A stretch of 64,000 nt of DNA from Felis catus. Its lineage: Eukaryota. The translations under genes and the position numbers were made by a program. The notes under the pieces are model-generated. The model worked only from the letters and a program-made list of their open reading frames with translations, ran no database searches and had not been told where the DNA came from. The DNA lies in NCBI RefSeq assembly GCF_018350175.1, contig NC_058368.1, positions 151,468,001 through 151,532,000 on the forward strand, read 5' to 3'. This document shows, piece after piece, positions 25,817 to 38,411 of this stretch (the first letter of the stretch is position 1; every line of letters starts with the position of its first letter).

Positions 25817-27398
25817 AAAACCACATCTACTTTATCCATTTGTCTATTGCTGGACACTTGGTTTGCTTCCATATCTTAGCTATTATAAATAATGATACAG
25901 CAAACATCGGGGTGCATATGTCTTTTTACTTTATTGTTTTCATGTTCTTTGGATAAATACATAGTAGTGGAATTATTGGATCATACAGTAATTCTACTTT
26001 TAATTTTTTGAGGAACCTCCATACTGCTTCAGGCTGAGGATTCTTTTTTCTCCACATCTTTGTCAATACTTCTTTTTTTATGTTGTTGATTTTAGTCATT
26101 CTGACAGGCGAAGGTGGTATCTCATTGTGGTTTTGATTTATAGTTTCCTGAGGATCAGTGATGTTGAGTATCTTTTCATGTGTCTATTGGCCATGTGTAT
26201 GTTTCCCTTGGAAAAATGTCTAGGTTCTCTGCCCATTTTTTAACTGTTTATTATTTCAGTGTTAGATTGTTTATTATTTCAGTGTTAGTTGTATATGGTT
26301 TTTTGTTTTTTGTATTTTGGATATGTAATTTGCAAATATCTTCTCCTATTGAGTAGGCTGCCATTTTGTTTTGTTAATGGAAGTTTCCTTCATTGTGCAA
26401 AAGCTTTTTAGTTTGGTTCTATTCGTAGTTCTAATTGTTTAAATTTGCTTTTGTTTCCCTTACCTGAGGAGATACATCTAGAAAAATGTTCCTATGGCTA
26501 GTGTCAGAAAAATTACTGCCTATGTTTTCTTTCAGAGTTTTATGGTTTCAGGTCTCACAGTTAGGTCTTTAATCCTCTTTGAGTTTATTTTTGTGTATGG
26601 TGTAAGAAAATGGTCCATTCTCACTCTTTTGTATGTAGCTGTTCATTTTTCCCAGAACTATTTGTTGAAGAGACTGTCTTTTCTCCACTGTATATTCTTA
26701 CCTCTTTTGTCATAGATCAATGGATTGGCCTTTAGTTATTTAATGACCATTAATTGATTGACAGTTAAGAATGGGTTTATTTCTGAGCCCTCTCTTTTGT
26801 TCCTTTGATTTGTGTGTCTGTTTTTGTGCCATTACCATACTGTTTTGATTACCATAGCTTTGTTGCAATAGAAATTTGGGCTTCTGATACTTCTGGCTTT
26901 GTTCCTTCTCATGATTGCTTTGGCTATTCAGGGTCTTTGTGGTTGCATGCAGAGTTTAAGATTTTTTGTTTTAGTTCTGTGAAAAATGTTGTAGGTCTTT
27001 TGATAGGGATTGTTTTGAGTAGTATGGACATTTTAATAATAGTCATTCTCTTGATCCCTGTGCATGGAATATTGCTTTCATTTGTGTGTGCCATCTTTAG
27101 TTTCTTTCATCAGTATTTTATAGTTTTGGAGTACAGGTCTTTCACTTCCTTGGTTAAATTTATTCCTAGGTACTTTATTGTTTTTGGTGCAACTGTAAAT
27201 GAGATTGTTTTCTTAATTTCTCTTTCTGCTACTTCATTATTAGTTTACAAAAATGCAACAGATTTCCATACATGAATTTTTTTATCCAGTGACTTTACTG
27301 AATTTATTTATCTGTTCTAGTAGTTTTTTTTGGAAGAAGTTTTTTAGGGTTGTTTATAAAGAGTATTATGTCATCTGCAAATAGTGACAGTTTTACTT

Positions 27399-27606
27399 AT
27401 TTGTTTTTAAAGTTTATTTATTTATTTTGAAAGAGAGGGGTCATGAATGTGTGTGAGTGGGGGAGGGGCAGAGGGAAAAGGGGAGAGAGAGAGAGAATCT
27501 GTTCTGATAGCACAGATGTGGGATTCAGTTCTACAAACCATGAGATCATGACTGGAGCTGAAATCAAGAACCAGACACTTAACTGACTGAGCCACCCAGG
27601 CACCCC
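27399..27606 (-). mobile_element. CanSINE nested in L1 ORF2
   Basis: TSD agttttactt at 27389-27398 and 27607-27616; L1 text resumes after it. Confidence 0.96.
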
Positions 27607-28149
27607 AGTTTTACTTCTTCCTTACCAATTTGGATGCCTTTTATTTCTTTTTCTTGTCCAATACCTACAGATGGGACTTCCAGTACTATGTTGAATAAAA
27701 ATGATGAGAGTGGACATCCTGTTCTTGATCATGATCTTCGAGGAAAAGCTTTTAGGTTTTGACCATTGAGTATGATGTTAGCTGTGGGTTTCTCATATAT
27801 GGCCTTTATTATATTGGGGTATGTTCTCTCAAAACCTACTTTGTTGAGAGTTTTTATAATGAATGGATTTACTTTGTCAAATGCTTTTACTGCATCTACT
27901 GAGAAGATCATATGGTTTTTATCTTTTCTCCTATTGTGATGTTTCGTATTGATTGATTTGTGAATATTGAACCACCCTTGTGTTCCTGGAATAAATCCCA
28001 CTTGATCGTGGTGAATGATTTTTTTTTAATGTATTGTTGGATTCAGTTTGCTAATATTGAGGATTTCTGCATCTATGTTCATAGAGATACTGGCTTATGA
28101 TGATGTCCATTATAATCAATAGCACTTTATATTAGATGAAATATACTAT

Positions 28150-28350
28150 TTAAAGATAACAGTTGGCATTTATTGAGCATCTACTGTGTCTAAGCTACTG
28201 TTCTAGGCATTTTACATAGGGTGTCTTCTATAATCTCATGAGGTGATAATGATGAGAAAGCAGATATTTAGGGAGATGGACAACTTGCCTAAGTCACAAA
28301 TCTGAATCTCTGACTCTGAGAGATTACTACTCTAAGATTCTCTGCTATAT
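28150..28350 (-). mobile_element. MIR SINE
   Basis: 'catttattgagcatctactgtgt...caacttgcctaagtcaca'. Confidence 0.7.
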
Positions 28351-29245
28351 TCCTGATGTGGTAAAAGGGAAAGAAGGAAAATGCCTATGTGGATATAGGG
28401 ATACCCTTGAGAACTGATGAAAGGAAGTGCAGTTAGGCCTCAGGAAAAGATGGACCAGAAAGTGGAACTCTCAAGCTTTTCTTTGTTTTCTTTGTTGAGT
28501 CACCTCTCTCTGAAGAGATGCTTTCTTCTTTCTTTCTACAGGCTGGCTTTCTCTGTTTTGCCACAAGGCAGAAATTTTCCCTTTACCTATCATCTAGCCT
28601 ATTTAGAATAGCTTAGCAAGCATCATGTAGGTATGGAAAAAGGAAGGAAGGAGTCACCTTGTACTAATGTGAGAGTTTGACTATATTGCTATAAATTGGA
28701 AGGGGTTTCCAAAGAATGAGGGATTGTTGTTATGTCATGGAATGGATAGACACTCCCAAGGTTGTTCATACTCATTCATTGCAGTGTGGACTCTCATAAA
28801 TGCACAGGAATGTATGTAATTGGGCGTTACTTTGGAACAAGCCAGTCTTCCTTTGGATGCTACGAAGTACAACTACTTTTTAGTCCAAGTAGGCATATAG
28901 TTCATTTCATGATTTGGCTATGCACACATGGTGTCTTCGCTATGCCTCCTAATATTTGGAGCAGCATCTGCCAAAAAGATGATATCGTAAACAGTGCTGT
29001 TTTGAGGAAGCAGAGGTCACTGTGAACTTAGGGAAGTTTCATGGGTAATGTGAAACTTAAACCAAGTTCTGAAAGGTATATGGAATTTAGATGTGCGGAG
29101 AAGGGGGAGGCCAGTTAAGGCAAAGGGCAGCCTTATTTGCTGATAAATGGTATAAATAGACTGAACTTAGCCAGGAAAATATGATTTTATTTCATGGAGA
29201 TTTGAGAATCATTTGGAAGTTAGTTTGTAACAGATCATGGAGAAT

Positions 29246-29599
29246 TGTGGCAAAGATTGCCTAACTATTCAATAAATACATTTCTTTTTGCTGCTTGGCA
29301 CATTTTTCAAGCTCTTCTTTATAGATCTTAGACTTATGACTAATTCTGGCCAATGAAATGTGGATGCGAAGCCTGACTCATAATAGCCACCTGTGTAGTC
29401 AATCCTTCACCTTCTCTCTTTTCCATTTGCTGACTTGATTTGGTACTTATGTTAAAAATCACAGAACCTCTGTCTCTCTTGTTCCTGAATGATGGCATGG
29501 AGCAGAGGTCCTTCCCTACTTGCATTTGGAATTTACATGAGAAATAAATTCCTATTGGGACAAGCTACTGGAAAGCTGTTACAGGAGTTAGCTAATACA
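29246..29599 (+). mobile_element. Old MLT1-type MaLR LTR
   Basis: Starts tgtggca, ends ctaataca, contains 'ttctggccaatgaaatgt'. Confidence 0.7.
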
Positions 29600-32500
29600 A
29601 GAACCTAATGGTCCAGAATAAGGTGTTCAACCTTTATCTCATAAAAGTAAGAAAGCTTTTGAGTAAAAAGGCAGGAGGTTGAAATAAATGTTTTAATAAG
29701 ATCAGTGTGACAGAAGGAAGCAGGGCAGCTAGAAGCAGGGACAGATGATAGCCTGAGTTACTAGATAGCAGGCAATTATTCCAAAAGCCAGACAAAAGAG
29801 AACCAAGGGGATTAAACCACACAGGACAAAGGAAGAGAGAGTTCCATGCAGGGATTTCAAAGTTACCAAAAATCTCAATAATGCCAAGAGACCAAATCTT
29901 AAGAAAAAGCCAACGAATTTGATGGTTTAGAGATCTTTGAAATGTTAGTGTCAATGGAATAATAAAGGCAGAAAGTAGATTGCAGTGGGTTAAGGAGGAA
30001 CTATATAGTATCAGTCACAAAAAAATTAGGCAAGCCATTTTGAAATAAATTGTTAATTTTGAAATAAAAGTTCAGTTTCGTAAAATTTCAGATTGGTTAA
30101 TACCCATACAGCTGCTAGATGGTTTTCAACAAGGACAACAACTAGGACAGTGTTGGATACTATAAAGCATTTTCCTTTAGTTTCATTTTGCCTTATTCCA
30201 CGATAATGAACCCTAGTGACTCATGGGCCTCATTTTCCTAAGATGTCCTTAGAATTTGTCTCAACACCATGATCCAGGTAGTAATTCCCAATTCATTTAA
30301 GTTGGCAACAATATTTTGCTAATTGCATTTTTTCGTAGTCTTAGAAATTTTGCCTTTTTGAGGGTTATGGAAGGGAAAATGAGGAGGAGTAATACAAATA
30401 CTACTTAGCTATGCATGACTGGGTTGTGTTAGAAGTTTGTCAAACCCACAGCAGTGAAAATTTATTATAATTCTGCACTCATTTCTTGTCTATCAAGCCA
30501 TTTTCTTACATCAATTTTCTCCACAATTGGTATCATTATTATTCCATTGTCTTTTAAAATTATGCTTTAGGGTCACTCAGTTCTTTATGATTGTCATCAG
30601 TATTATTTAATGATAACATTTACATAGAATCTTTTCCTCGAAGACTTACACATGCCATACTTCATGTAGTTCAGTAGATTAAAGGAAAAGTATTTGAACT
30701 CCTTTCTCAGGATTTTTTTTTTCCTCTCAGGGGTTTCTCTATCTGGGACTTAGTTTGAGCTGTGGGCTCTCTGCCAGCTGGAAGCTGGACTGATTTTGTG
30801 AGTGGAGCCATAGCTCTTATACGTTAGTGTAACATTGCAACGGTTTTCTGTTTCCCATTAGGCATTTAAGAAGAAGTACTCAAATGATGTGCGTTTTGTA
30901 ACATAAGTTCTTTATAACACTGGTAGCCCCAGGACCAGCGAATAGCAAGATGGGAAGCACAATTAAATGATATTTTTTTTCAGAGGCATTGACCTGTGTG
31001 AAATTTTGACAAGGTTACCACCTTGATCCCTATTTAAAAGCTTATACACCATGTGAGAAGGACATAGGCTGCCACTATTATCATCTATGAAAACTATAGT
31101 GACAATTATTTTTCACAAATTAATAGAGGTCACTTGATGATAAAAAGCTGACAGGATAAGATAGAAAACCTGAAAGTTCACCCAGCAATAAATGCTGTGA
31201 CGAGAACGTTATTAGGGCTCAGTACACATGTATACTTATTGCCTGAATTTTGATTGGGCCAAGAAATCAGAAAATTCTTAAGTTCGGTGGGATGATGTAA
31301 AAATATGTAAAGACTGGATTGGAGACATCTTTTTTTGTTTATAGCTGAACATTCTTAGATTATATTGACAAAAATAGATGGATATTCTTAGATTACATTG
31401 ACAAAATATAATAATAACAGCTAACATTTATCGAATATTTATTATGTGCAGGCATTGTTTGTTTTAAATGTGTTTTATGTATTATCTCATAGACTGTTTA
31501 GAGCAAGAATAAATTTGTCTTAGAGAAACTATTAAACTTTCTTAAAAATAAAACATATAAAAATAATGTTAATGCTTACTAATATGCATAGAACTTTACT
31601 GTTGGTTCTAATTTATCCTTAACTCTTTGATCTAGCTCATTGACATCAGTGGGCTCTTATGATTCATCACTCTGTCATTACTGTCTGTCAACTAAGCTCA
31701 TTTTCTGTGTGTTTGTGTGCGTGTGTGTGTGTTTTATACACTAAATGTCAGAATTAAGGAAACAAAATTGTCTAAACCAAAAATTATCTTAATCAGATAA
31801 CTATGTTACTAATTTCATCATCAAGAGAAATCTTATGTGAGTTTTAGAGATATTTCTTGATTCTTGATTCCATACAGATTTTTATTATTTAAAAGGCAAA
31901 CATTGGAAATACACTGATTCTGATGTTTTTAGATAGCTTTGTAGAAAGAATAGGTATATAGGATTTGTTAAATTACTTTTTGGAACTGGAATTTTTTTCT
32001 CATATGAAGAAAAGCAAAAATTCTGGATTTTCAGTGAACCATGTATTTTTTATCTTTTAAATATTTTCAGTTTTAAGAATCACCATATCTCTTATTTTCT
32101 GATGCTACATTTTATATAGGTTTTTCCCCTGGAATTAGTAGAAATAATACTTTTGTGGTATTTTTATGTGCATAGATACGTTTGTTTTTCTGTTTTGCAA
32201 AGCATAAATATATTTGCTTAATAAAGACATTTTAAAAAATATTTGTTTTTAAAAATGATATTGTTTTTAAAGGAGTTGGCCTTTAAAATAATTTTGAAAT
32301 GACATATTGACCTTGAGAGAGTAGTCTTCATTTTAAATACATGTATAATTCTGAATGGGAGGTATGCACGAGTACAGTGCTGAATTTCAAGTTTCTAGGT
32401 ACTGCTTGAGACGGCAAAGAAGGTCAGTTGCCATCTCTGGTAGTCCAATCCAAGGGAAAGAAGGACTTTTCTTTCTGGGAAATTTTTTTTTTTTGCTTTT

Positions 32501-32696
32501 TTTTTTTTTCATTCTAGCATGGTGTGTATAAACATGTTCTCATAGACTGTCCCAGAAGTCAGATCTTCTAAATAGATTTTACATTACCCTAAAAGTATGG
32601 TGAGCTCCCTCCTTATGTGGATTAAGTGTAGCAATGGTGGTTTGGGTAGTAACTTCCTATATGTTACAGTGCATTAGGGAATTGGATATCATAGAC

Positions 32697-32862
32697 CAGT
32701 GCTTCTCAGACTTTAATATCTATATGGATCACTGAGGGAGCTTGTCAAAATGCCAATTCTGACTCAGTTAAGTTTGGGGTGAGACCTAAGATTCTGTATT
32801 TCTAGCAAGATTTTAGATGGTGCTAACGCTACTGCTTTTTTTTTTTCCACTTTGAGCAGTGG
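32697..32862. mobile_element. MER5B-like hAT-Charlie MITE
   Basis: 'cagtgcttctcagacttta...attctgactcagt...agattctgtatttctagcaag...cactttgagcag'. Confidence 0.8.
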
Positions 32863-35041
32863 GGTTATAGAAAATGATAAGTGGGAAGAATTTCCTTATT
32901 TTGACTCTTACTTATAGTGGTCATCTTCCCTGACTCTACACTTCCCATTGATTTTGGACTTTGAGTTTTAGGTAAACATCCTGATGCCCCTACCTAGGGC
33001 TCTCACACATGCTCACTGAAAAACAACAACAAGGAAAATACTCTGTCCCTGCTTGTCACCACACTTGCCTGTCATCTAATCTTCTTTTCCTCAGGCAAAA
33101 CATTCATTTTTTAAAGCCTAGGCTAAGGATTACCATAGCACATCAATGCCACCTTTAAAAACCGTTATTTCACTTGTATGGACTTGGGCAATTTTTGCTT
33201 TGCCCATTCGATGGTAAAGTCCAAGACATGGTAAGGTCTTTAACACCAGAGCTTTTATCTATTCTCAGAATGTCTTTTAGGCTTGGGCAAGCAAGACCCT
33301 GGCCTGAATGTAATGGCAGAAGGACTCTGCCTTTGGAGTGCCTTTCTTGGCCCTATAATATGTGGCAACAGCCCAGGCTGAAATGTGCATGGGCCCTGTC
33401 CCTGTTTCTCCCCTTGGGCACTCTCTGAATCTATACCAGCCTATTCACACCTCAACCAACCAGATGTTGGAATAGTTGTGGGACTGAAACCTGTGGATCA
33501 CCCTGGGGCCTCAGGTCAAACTTGTTCCAAAAGGCCTGGCAAATAGATCACTCTACTGGCCAGAGTAGAATTTCTTTTGTAGGGTCTGGTAATTTGGGAC
33601 TTCCAAGGTAGTGCTGACATAGCTGATTCAGAGTGATTCAAATTATTTATGTAGATGGGGCTGCAAAAACTGTTACTGGGATCCTAAATACCCTACAAGT
33701 AGCCCTGTTTATCTTAACCATTGATATGTATTCTTAGGTACTTCAAAATGAAATGAATGTCCCATATATTTTATAATCAAATGAGATCTAAATGCTACAA
33801 AAATGGAATGGAGACAAGAGGTAACTCTCATCTTGATCTTGGGGTCTCACAGTCCTCCCAGACACCAGATGAGATGAGTGAGGTCATGATATAAGCCACA
33901 GATATGGCGGTCTCTAGGATGCATTTGTCAGGTGGCACTTTCAATTTTGACCGCAAAAGAGCCCAACCTTATATTTCTCAGCATTTTCTTAACTCTTTTT
34001 CTGTTATACTGATACCACAATGTGTGCTCCATATGTGAAAGCAAAGTTAAATCAAAAACTGCCTTTTCCCTCCAGAAGTCTGTACTTACTATATTGAGCT
34101 AAAACTGTGATATCAGAAGGTAAAGCTACATGAGTAATACAGTCTGACATGCTGAATCATAATTGGGCACAAAACAAATACATCGCTTCTGAAAATGACA
34201 CTTGAAAACATCATTCTTAACCACTAAACTATGCTACTAACATTGCTTTGGAAATCCTTTCACTATTAATCTAACTTTAAACAGTGTGCTTTTCCTCTTC
34301 CAGCAGAGCAGGATTAAAGACCAAAAGACTACTGGCATGTTTGGGATCACCTTTGTATCAAAGGGTTTGCTAAAAGACAAGACATTTTAGTCGGAATCCT
34401 CACAGTTAATGAAATATGACTGAAAGCCCATCAGCCTAGCAGAGGGCCCACTAGACTCTAGAGCCAGGTGTTCCATTTGCTCATGGAATAACCTTGAACG
34501 TGCAAGGCAAGCCAATTTGCTGGGCCTTAGTTTCTTTATTTATAAATTGAGCTATACTGTTATTGGAAGGCCTTTTTCTGTTCAAAATCTATGAGAAAAA
34601 GTCCTTCAGATAATCATTGGCTCTTCTCAGTCAGTGTAGGTTCAACCTCAAGACTGTAGTCCCAGTAAAAAAGGGAGCCAAGGTTGGGTAGCTGATTAAA
34701 TGTAGCAGTTCTGTGGAGCCTCTTCTTTCTATGAGGTATCTTTGCTTTGGAGGGCACTGAATTCGGGCTTCTAATGAAATTGGTTGGACTTAAGATTCTG
34801 GTTTAAATGTTGGGAAATTGAGTCTTTTGGAATTTCTAGTTGGTAATTTACTACACATCTTGTTCTTAGGTACTGCACTGTTTTAAAGATGGAGAGAGAC
34901 CTCTGAGGCTTCTCTTTTTCTTTCATGCCCATTACTGTCATCTCAGAGTGAGTCACCATCAATGTTACCCTGCAATTGTGGCATAGCTTCCTGTTGTTGT
35001 CTTTATGCTCCTCTTGCTCCCCTCCCCCACTAGAACTCATT

Positions 35042-35260
35042 AAAAAAATTTTTTTTTCAATGTTTATTTATTTTTGGGACAGAGAGAGACAGAGCATGAA
35101 CGGGGGAGGGGCAGAGAGAGAGGGAGACACAGAATCGGAAACAGGCTCCAGGCTCTGAGCCATCAGCCCAGAGCCTGACGCGGGGCTTGAACCCACGGAC
35201 CGCGAGATCGTGACCTGGCTGAAGTCGGACGCTCAAACGACTGCGCCACCCAGGCACCCC
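35042..35260 (-). mobile_element. Young felid CanSINE
   Basis: CpG-rich; TSD tagaactcatt at 35031-35041 and 35261-35271. Confidence 0.98.
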
Positions 35261-35289
35261 TAGAACTCATTTTTTAGACAGTAGTCAGA

Positions 35290-35820
35290 AGGATTCCACT
35301 ACATGTTCTCTTTGCCTCCTCTTGGTGTATATCAATCCTTCTCCCTCCAGCTCTGTATCCCAGGGTGCCGACTTAAATTGATGGCATTGTAGATGGGTCT
35401 CCTTACCTTTTGGCCTCTACCGAGTTTGGCCAATTGGGGAGGCACTGGTAGGTGATCAGTGGGGTGATATATCACTTGGGTTATTTATCACTCAGACTTT
35501 TTACTTCGCAGGGCACTGTTTGGCAGGGACAGTGAGCCTCTACTGAAGGCCCAGATGCTATTGTATGGCCTTCTCTTTCAGTTATAGTTATAGCTACAGC
35601 TCTTTCCAAGTTTTGGGGACTCCTCCTTCTCCTTGCCATTTTGACCCCAAAGGTGTTATATAATGCTTTCCCACATTTGATATCTTCAGAATATATCAAA
35701 CTCCCTTATTTCTCCTCTTAACCCTATTGTTATATTTATAAATAGTCCTCTTTATCAAATTCTCTTTAATTATACCATCTGAGTGTGTCTTCTACTTTCT
35801 GCTATGTCCTTGACTAGTAG
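35290..35820 (+). mobile_element. Old ERVL-class solo LTR (LTR33-like)
   Basis: 'ttggccaattggggaggcactgg' and 3' end 'tgagtgtgtcttctactttctgctatgtccttgactagta'. Confidence 0.6.
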
Positions 35821-35829
35821 AGGAACAAG

Positions 35830-36965
35830 ATAATACACATACCATAAAATTCACCATTTTAAAGTGTATAATTCAGTTATTTTTAGTCTATTCACAAGAT
35901 TATGCACCTATTATCATGTAATTCCAGAACATTCTTATTATCCCAGAAAGAAATCTTGTAGCCACTAGCAGTACTCTCCATTTCTCTCTACCCCCACATC
36001 CTGGCAAGTACTAACCTACTTTCTATCTCTGTTTCAGATAGTTCATACACATGCAGTCATACAATATGTGACCTTTACGTCTGATTTTTGTTTTCATTAA
36101 ACATAATGTTTCAAGGTCACCTGTGTTGTAGCATGTATCAGTGCTTCATTCTCTTTTATGGCCTAATTGTAATCCATTGGGTGGATATACCACATTTATT
36201 TATCCATTGATTGCTTTATTGATGTTTAAGCTATTTTCTACTTTTGGCTATTATGAATAATGCTGCTTTGAACATTCATGTATAAGATTTTGTATGAACA
36301 TATGTTTTCAATTCTCTTGGGTATATGCCTACAAGTGGAATTACTGGATCATATGATAACTGTATGTTTAACTTTTTGGGAAACTGTCAAACTGTTTTCT
36401 ACAGTAGCCGAACCACTCTACATTCTATCAGCATTGTGTGAGGCTTACAATTCCTCCACTTATTTGTCAACACTTGTTATTTTCCTTTTTTCAAAAAAAA
36501 TTTATTTTTAATTAATCTTTATACCCAATGTGGGGCTTGACCTCACAACCTTGAGATCAAGAGTTGGATGATCACTCACTGAGCCAGCCAGGAGCCCCTA
36601 TTTTCCTTTTTTAAAAAAAATATTATAAAAAATTATAGGTACCATGGTGTTTTTAAAGTAGTATCTCATTGTGGTTTTGATTTGCATTTCCAAAATAACT
36701 AATGATGTTGAGTTTCTCTTCATGTACTTATTAACCATTTGTATAACTTTTGGGGGGAAATGTGTATTCAAATATGACTGTTTTTTAATTGGGTTACTTA
36801 TCTTTTTATTGTTTAAATGTAGGAATTACCTCATTTTTTTATCTTCTTATTGTTGAATTGCAGATATTTTCTCCCATTCTGTGGATTTTTTTTCATTTTC
36901 TTGATAGTGTTCTTTGACATACAAAAGCTTTCCATTTTGATAAATCTCATTTATCTATTTTTTCT
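35830..36965 (-). mobile_element. Old L1 (L1MB-like) 3' end
   Basis: 'ataccataaaattcaccattttaaagtgta...', 'gtatctcattgtggttttgatttgcatttcc'. Confidence 0.9.
36492..36598 (-). mobile_element. Short CanSINE variant (tRNA-like head, no CT tract), nested in L1
   Basis: 'ctgagccagccaggagcccc' end; TSD tattttcctttttt at 36478-36491 and 36599-36612. Confidence 0.92.
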
Positions 36966-36984
36966 ATTAAAGCCCTAACATGTT

Positions 36985-38411
36985 ATTCATAGTTATTTTG
37001 GATTAACTTTAATAATTACAACTTATGTATCATATCTGAGTCTAGTACTGTTGCTTGCTTTGTCTCTTCAGACCATGTTTTCTTGACTTTAGCATGCCTT
37101 TTAACTTTTTGTTGAAAACCAAACGTGATATATTGGGTAATCGGAACTGAAGTAAATAGGCCTATGATATGAGGATTTATCTCAATCTGGTAAGAGTTGG
37201 TCTGTGTTTATGTTTTCTTTAGCTGTAGGTTCCAGCAGCTTTACATTTTTCTAGTGTTCTTGTTTTATTTACACGGTTGACTTTTGGGCTTCACTAAGTA
37301 CTCCTCAGAGAGCATCAGCATCTTGGAGTCATTCAGCTATAATCTCCTGTTGTTATACTGGAGTCCTGCTGATGTGGTAAGGTATAGAGGAGGGGAAGAA
37401 TTCTCTTCTCTTCTAATTAAATCTGAGTCTTTTAAAAAAAAGTGTTTATTTTGAGAGCAAGAATGGGGAAGGGGAAGAGAGAGAGAGGGAGAGAGAGAAT
37501 CCCAAGCAGGCTCCACACCACCAGTGCAGAGACTGACATGAGGCTTGATCTCATGGACCATGAGATCATGACCTGAGGTGAAATCAGGAGTCTGACACTT
37601 ACCTACTTGAGCCACCTAGGTGCCTCTAAATCTGAGTCTTTTAGTTTGCCTATGTTTTAGGGCTCTAACCTTTACAAGTATTTCTCTAGTGGTATAGCTT
37701 TCTCCCCACTACCTCCCATCCTTTTCTTGGGCGCCAGCATTCCTAGTCTATTTACTTGAATCTGTGGCTCCTGTTTTCTTTTCCGGTTTTTTTCTTTCTC
37801 CCCTCCCCCCCCCCCCCACTCTTTCTTTAGATAGAACAGAAGGCTAGAGAGTGCTGGAGTTAGAGTTCCCTTTCCTCATCTAGGATGAGTCTCAGGAAAC
37901 AGTCCTTTTCTCTGGATTGTGGGCCTTAGTTATGGAGAAGGCTGTGGATGTGTTTCATGATGATTATTTTCCCCCTGCTCTTGCCAGAGAGGGATCTCTC
38001 TTGGGTCTTCACTGTAAGAATTTGTGTGTGTGTGTGTGGGGGGAGTTCCCAGGCAATAAAACCCACAAAAGTTTGGGTCCCCACCCTCCCCAAGACAGTG
38101 ACCCCATGGAGTTTCTCATTTTCACACTAGTCTACTCAGCCTCCAGCAGTTTATCAATATTACCATTTTAAGTGTTCCTACCAGTGTATGGTTCCTGTGG
38201 CTTCTGTTCCAGGCAAGAACTTCTTGGCTGTGACATGGGATTTTCCTGTCTCTCTGAGTTTGGGGGTAGCAGTATAGCAGTTTGCCCTGCCACCTTAGTT
38301 CTCTGTGGTCCAAGAAGTCATTGCTTTTTAGTTTATTCAGTTCTTTATTGTAGTAAGGACCTGAGTAGTGACTTCTAAAGTCCTCACATGCCTGAATTGA
38401 AACTAGAAGTC
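36985..38411 (-). mobile_element. Old L1M 5' UTR/ORF1-side fragment
   Basis: Resembles antisense L1M 5' ends, terminating 'aaactagaagtc'; recalled consensus only. Confidence 0.6.
37434..37626 (-). mobile_element. CanSINE
   Basis: TSD taaatctgagtctttt at 37418-37433 and 37627-37642. Confidence 0.97.

Larger units (their letters stand above)
25532..28097 (-). mobile_element. 5'-truncated, decayed L1 (ORF2 RT to 3' UTR)
   Basis: ORF 27729-28001 reads [17 protein letters not shown]...[18 protein letters not shown], matching L1 ORF2 RT; continuous antisense L1 text with frameshifts and stops. Confidence 0.97.

Noticed and set aside
26805..27275. Longest ORF (156 aa, hydrophobic)
   Set aside because: Antisense frame of L1 ORF2; the hydrophobicity reflects T-richness
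27729..28001. Reverse transcriptase ORF as a possible novel RT system
   Set aside because: Ordinary decayed L1 ORF2 fragment within a truncated, SINE-interrupted element
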